In this document: piece after piece, positions 29,765-32,000 of the stretch
Numbering within the stretch: position 1 is the first letter of the stretch
Layout: each line of letters begins with the position of its first letter
NCBI RefSeq assembly: GCF_002945325.1
Contig: NZ_CP026606.1
Location: 600,001-632,000, forward strand
DNA from: Methanococcus maripaludis
GTDB taxonomy: Archaea > AGJL01 > Methanococci > Methanococcales > Methanococcaceae
Reading direction: 5' to 3'
Length of the DNA stretch: 32,000 nt
Made by a program: the position numbers and the translations under genes
The notes under the pieces: model-generated
Told to the model about the DNA's origin: nothing
Database searches by the model: none
What the model saw: only the letters and a program-made list of their open reading frames with translations

Positions 29765-31825
29765 TTATTTTTTAGAAAATTTAATTTTTCCCATTTTGGA
29801 AGATACTTTTTTAGCACCAGATTTCATGCTTTTCAAATCAATATCTCCACCAAACACAACTACTACACCAGCTAAAACGATTAAGATTCCTAACCAGTTA
29901 TCAGTTATTACAGCAGGGATTAAATCCCCTGAAATTGCACCGATTAAACCAAAATCAGAACCAGAGTTAGCTTCTTCTGTTGTGGATGCTAAAGTTAAAG
30001 CCTGATCGTCAAGTCCATAGTAATAAAGTTCTGCAATTTGGACCCAGTCCTTGGCTTGTGATTCATAATACCATGCTTTATTTTTTCCCTCTATAATTGA
30101 ATCCGTATTAGTTAAAGAAATAGCAGTTAACGAATCAATTGCCTTTTGGTAGTAATCAATAGCTTTTTGGTAAGCATTTTCCGAGTCCGTGTCATCTGCA
30201 AAATCTCTGTTACTTTCAAGTTCTGCAATTTTTGACAGATAGTCCGCTACATCCCCCTCAAACATTGCCTCTGTTTGTTCTTTTTCTGATGCGGTGAAAT
30301 CCCCATCTGCAAGGAAACTATCTATCAATTTTGAGTGGTCTGTAATTACGAAAACATAATTTGACCTAATTGTTATTCGAGGCTTTGAAATAGCCCATAC
30401 TGGAAAAGACCTATCAGGATTATCTTCGGTTTGATATATTCTTCCTGAAACTAAAAGGAATGGATATATAGCGACTGTATCCTCATCTGAGTTATAGTCG
30501 AGGATCGTGTTAATTACTCCAACCTTTGTAAGGTCCGGTAAAATTCCATCTGATTTTGAATCTGTTGAAATTGTTGAAGTTCCATCTGCATGATAATTAA
30601 TTGCAACTAATCTGTAAGATACATTTTGAATTTTCATATCAGTTGAATAAGTATCAAAATATTCAGGATAACCGATAATAGTTACAGAATACCCGGCAGG
30701 ATTGTTTAATTCATGAATCATCGAGGATTTAATAGTCATAACAATGTTTGAAGTAGCACCGTTTGCATCGGCCTTAAAAGCAAACATTTCGTCATCGTAT
30801 TGATCCCTATATTCAGAACCTAAACCGCCCTCTTTTCCTTTGTGGTCCACGATTCCATCAAGGATTGATTGAGTAGCAGATGTTGTATGCCTATATGAAA
30901 TGTAAGATGTGTTCTTCCAGGGGTCATCTTTTCCATCATCGTCATCATCCCATCTAAGAGGCTTATCTTCTTCTTCCTCAGGGGTATGTTCCTCTAAATC
31001 CCATCGGGCCCACTCTGCGTTTTCTTTCCAAACGACTAAATTATGGTTAACTTCGGTGTATATTTCAAAATTTTCTACATCCGCAGTAACAAGAGCGTTT
31101 AAATCATTTAAATCTAAATTTCCGCCCTGAGTCATAACAGCGACTTCCGATGCGTAATCATCAGGAACTTTTAAGATTGCATCAAAAGTATGTTCCTGGT
31201 TTTCAGAAGTAATATTCAAATCAGTTAGTTCATATTTGGATACAACAGTTCCCCCTTGCATAACTTTAAAAGTTACTGAATTTATCTCAGTATGGCCGAT
31301 AACATCTATTGTATATTGATCGTCCCCATAATCGATAACATCTTCGGGGAACATTGAATCTATTGAAGGAGTTTTCACAGTTATTCTAACTGGAAAGACT
31401 GAAAAACCACCTATTTTATCAGGGGCGTTAATTACTTCTTGAACCAATCCCCCAACTTCATATCCTACACAATAATAAGAAACCATATCAGATTTTATCT
31501 CATCTAAAATCCTTTGTGTGGAGTTTGAGGCTTCGATAATTGATTGTTCCTTATCCCCCATTACCGCCTCGGCAGAGGATTGCTCGGTTTCGTTTTGTGT
31601 TCCATTAAACACAATATCTGAGGGCGTATCATCTGTTGTGTTACTTGGCGGTAAATCAACAGTATTTCCACCAGTTAACCAGTCCCATATATCAGTAAAT
31701 AAAGTTCCGGTTCCAGTTCCACCGCCATCATCTATTCCCACATATCCGGTTCCATCCGCAAATACTGAAAATGGAGAAATTAAGACCAGAAAAAGGATAA
31801 ATAAAGATTTAGTTTGTAGCTTCAT
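29765..31825 (-). CDS. Large secreted, C-terminally membrane-anchored surface protein (probable glycoprotein), family unknown
   Basis: Signal peptide MKLQTKSLFILFLVLISPFSVFA. There are many N-x-S/T sequons, an acidic DDDDDGKDD patch, and a YQKAID tandem repeat. The TM segment WLGILIVLAGVVVVFGG is followed by a Lys-rich tail. Confidence 0.75.
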   Translation of the reverse strand: MKLQTKSLFILFLVLISPFSVFADGTGYVGIDDGGGTGTGTLFTDIWDWLTGGNTVDLPPSNTTDDTPSDIVFNGTQNETEQSSAEAVMGDKEQSIIEASNSTQRILDEIKSDMVSYYCVGYEVGGLVQEVINAPDKIGGFSVFPVRITVKTPSIDSMFPEDVIDYGDDQYTIDVIGHTEINSVTFKVMQGGTVVSKYELTDLNITSENQEHTFDAILKVPDDYASEVAVMTQGGNLDLNDLNALVTADVENFEIYTEVNHNLVVWKENAEWARWDLEEHTPEEEEDKPLRWDDDDDGKDDPWKNTSYISYRHTTSATQSILDGIVDHKGKEGGLGSEYRDQYDDEMFAFKADANGATSNIVMTIKSSMIHELNNPAGYSVTIIGYPEYFDTYSTDMKIQNVSYRLVAINYHADGTSTISTDSKSDGILPDLTKVGVINTILDYNSDEDTVAIYPFLLVSGRIYQTEDNPDRSFPVWAISKPRITIRSNYVFVITDHSKLIDSFLADGDFTASEKEQTEAMFEGDVADYLSKIAELESNRDFADDTDSENAYQKAIDYYQKAIDSLTAISLTNTDSIIEGKNKAWYYESQAKDWVQIAELYYYGLDDQALTLASTTEEANSGSDFGLIGAISGDLIPAVITDNWLGILIVLAGVVVVFGGDIDLKSMKSGAKKVSSKMGKIKFSKK

Positions 31826-32000
31826 CTTGTATCCACCCTAATTTAAGCGATATTTGGTATAATCCCCAAATTACGAAACCACCAAGTAGTGCAGTCAAGT
31901 AAAAAATATTTCCTTCAAGAGTTGCAGGTCCTGAATTGTAAGATTGAGTAATAGTTACTGCATCTGCAGTAACTGAATTCATTAATAATCCAAGGCCAAG
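31809..32000 (-). CDS. Small membrane protein, N-terminus outside the window; 17-nt overlap with the downstream surface-protein gene
   Basis: The reading frame is open from the window edge: ..LGLGLLMNSVTADAVTITQSYNSGPATLEGNIFYLTALLGGFVIWGLYQISLKLGWIQDEATN*. It has a signal-peptide-like hydrophobic stretch ending VTA/DA and a C-terminal TM. The stop is at 31809-11. Confidence 0.4.
   Translation of the reverse strand, partial: LGLGLLMNSVTADAVTITQSYNSGPATLEGNIFYLTALLGGFVIWGLYQISLKLGWIQDEATN

Larger units (their letters stand above)
26108..32000. mobile_element. Putative integrated mobile element / provirus edge (continues beyond the window)
   Basis: Content switches abruptly from housekeeping operons to a 1.15-kb repeat- and hairpin-rich non-coding region, a polyvalent ArdC-metallopeptidase-methyltransferase gene, a small wHTH gene and surface-protein genes of no recognisable family. 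No integrase or att repeat is visible inside the window. Confidence 0.5.

Noticed and set aside
30134-30175. 21-nt imperfect tandem DNA repeat
   Set aside because: It is explained by the in-frame YQKAID/YYQKAID peptide duplication inside the 686-aa surface protein, so it is not an independent DNA element.

Overview
The window is AT-rich archaeal DNA that looks like a Methanococcus-type (Methanococcales) chromosome. This call rests on the S-layer protein N-terminus MAMSMKKIGAIAVGG, GGTGAT-type ribosome-binding sites, TTTATATA promoters and the gene set. Positions 1-26107 are ordinary, tightly packed core genome. The genes there are htpX, pantoate kinase, alaS, eno, hemD, purD, a class V aminotransferase, a ferredoxin plus geranylgeranyl reductase pair, signal peptidase, a histone, pyrH, two identical tandem initiator tRNA-Met genes, the S-layer protein, ABCE1, an aconitase-family small subunit, and a polB / GGACT-like / deaminase / PHP / RNA-ligase string. 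After the RNA ligase stop at 26107 the character changes. First comes about 1.15 kb with no credible ORF. It holds a candidate small RNA, an ACGA-core iteron-like array, and a roughly 500-bp GC-rich island packed with perfect hairpins and a split direct repeat. Next is a 685-aa three-module fusion protein (ArdC-N ssDNA-binding domain, HExxH metallopeptidase, NPPF amino-methyltransferase) of the polyvalent anti-restriction type known from bacterial conjugative elements and phages. After that come a small winged-helix protein and, on the opposite strand, overlapping genes for signal-peptide plus C-terminal-anchor surface proteins. I read 26.1-32 kb as the edge of an integrated mobile element or provirus. 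Its hairpin-dense GC island and ArdC-methyltransferase gene are the most novel content. No CRISPR array, rRNA, intein or transposase is visible. All product calls come from motif and family recognition by eye, and no database search was run.
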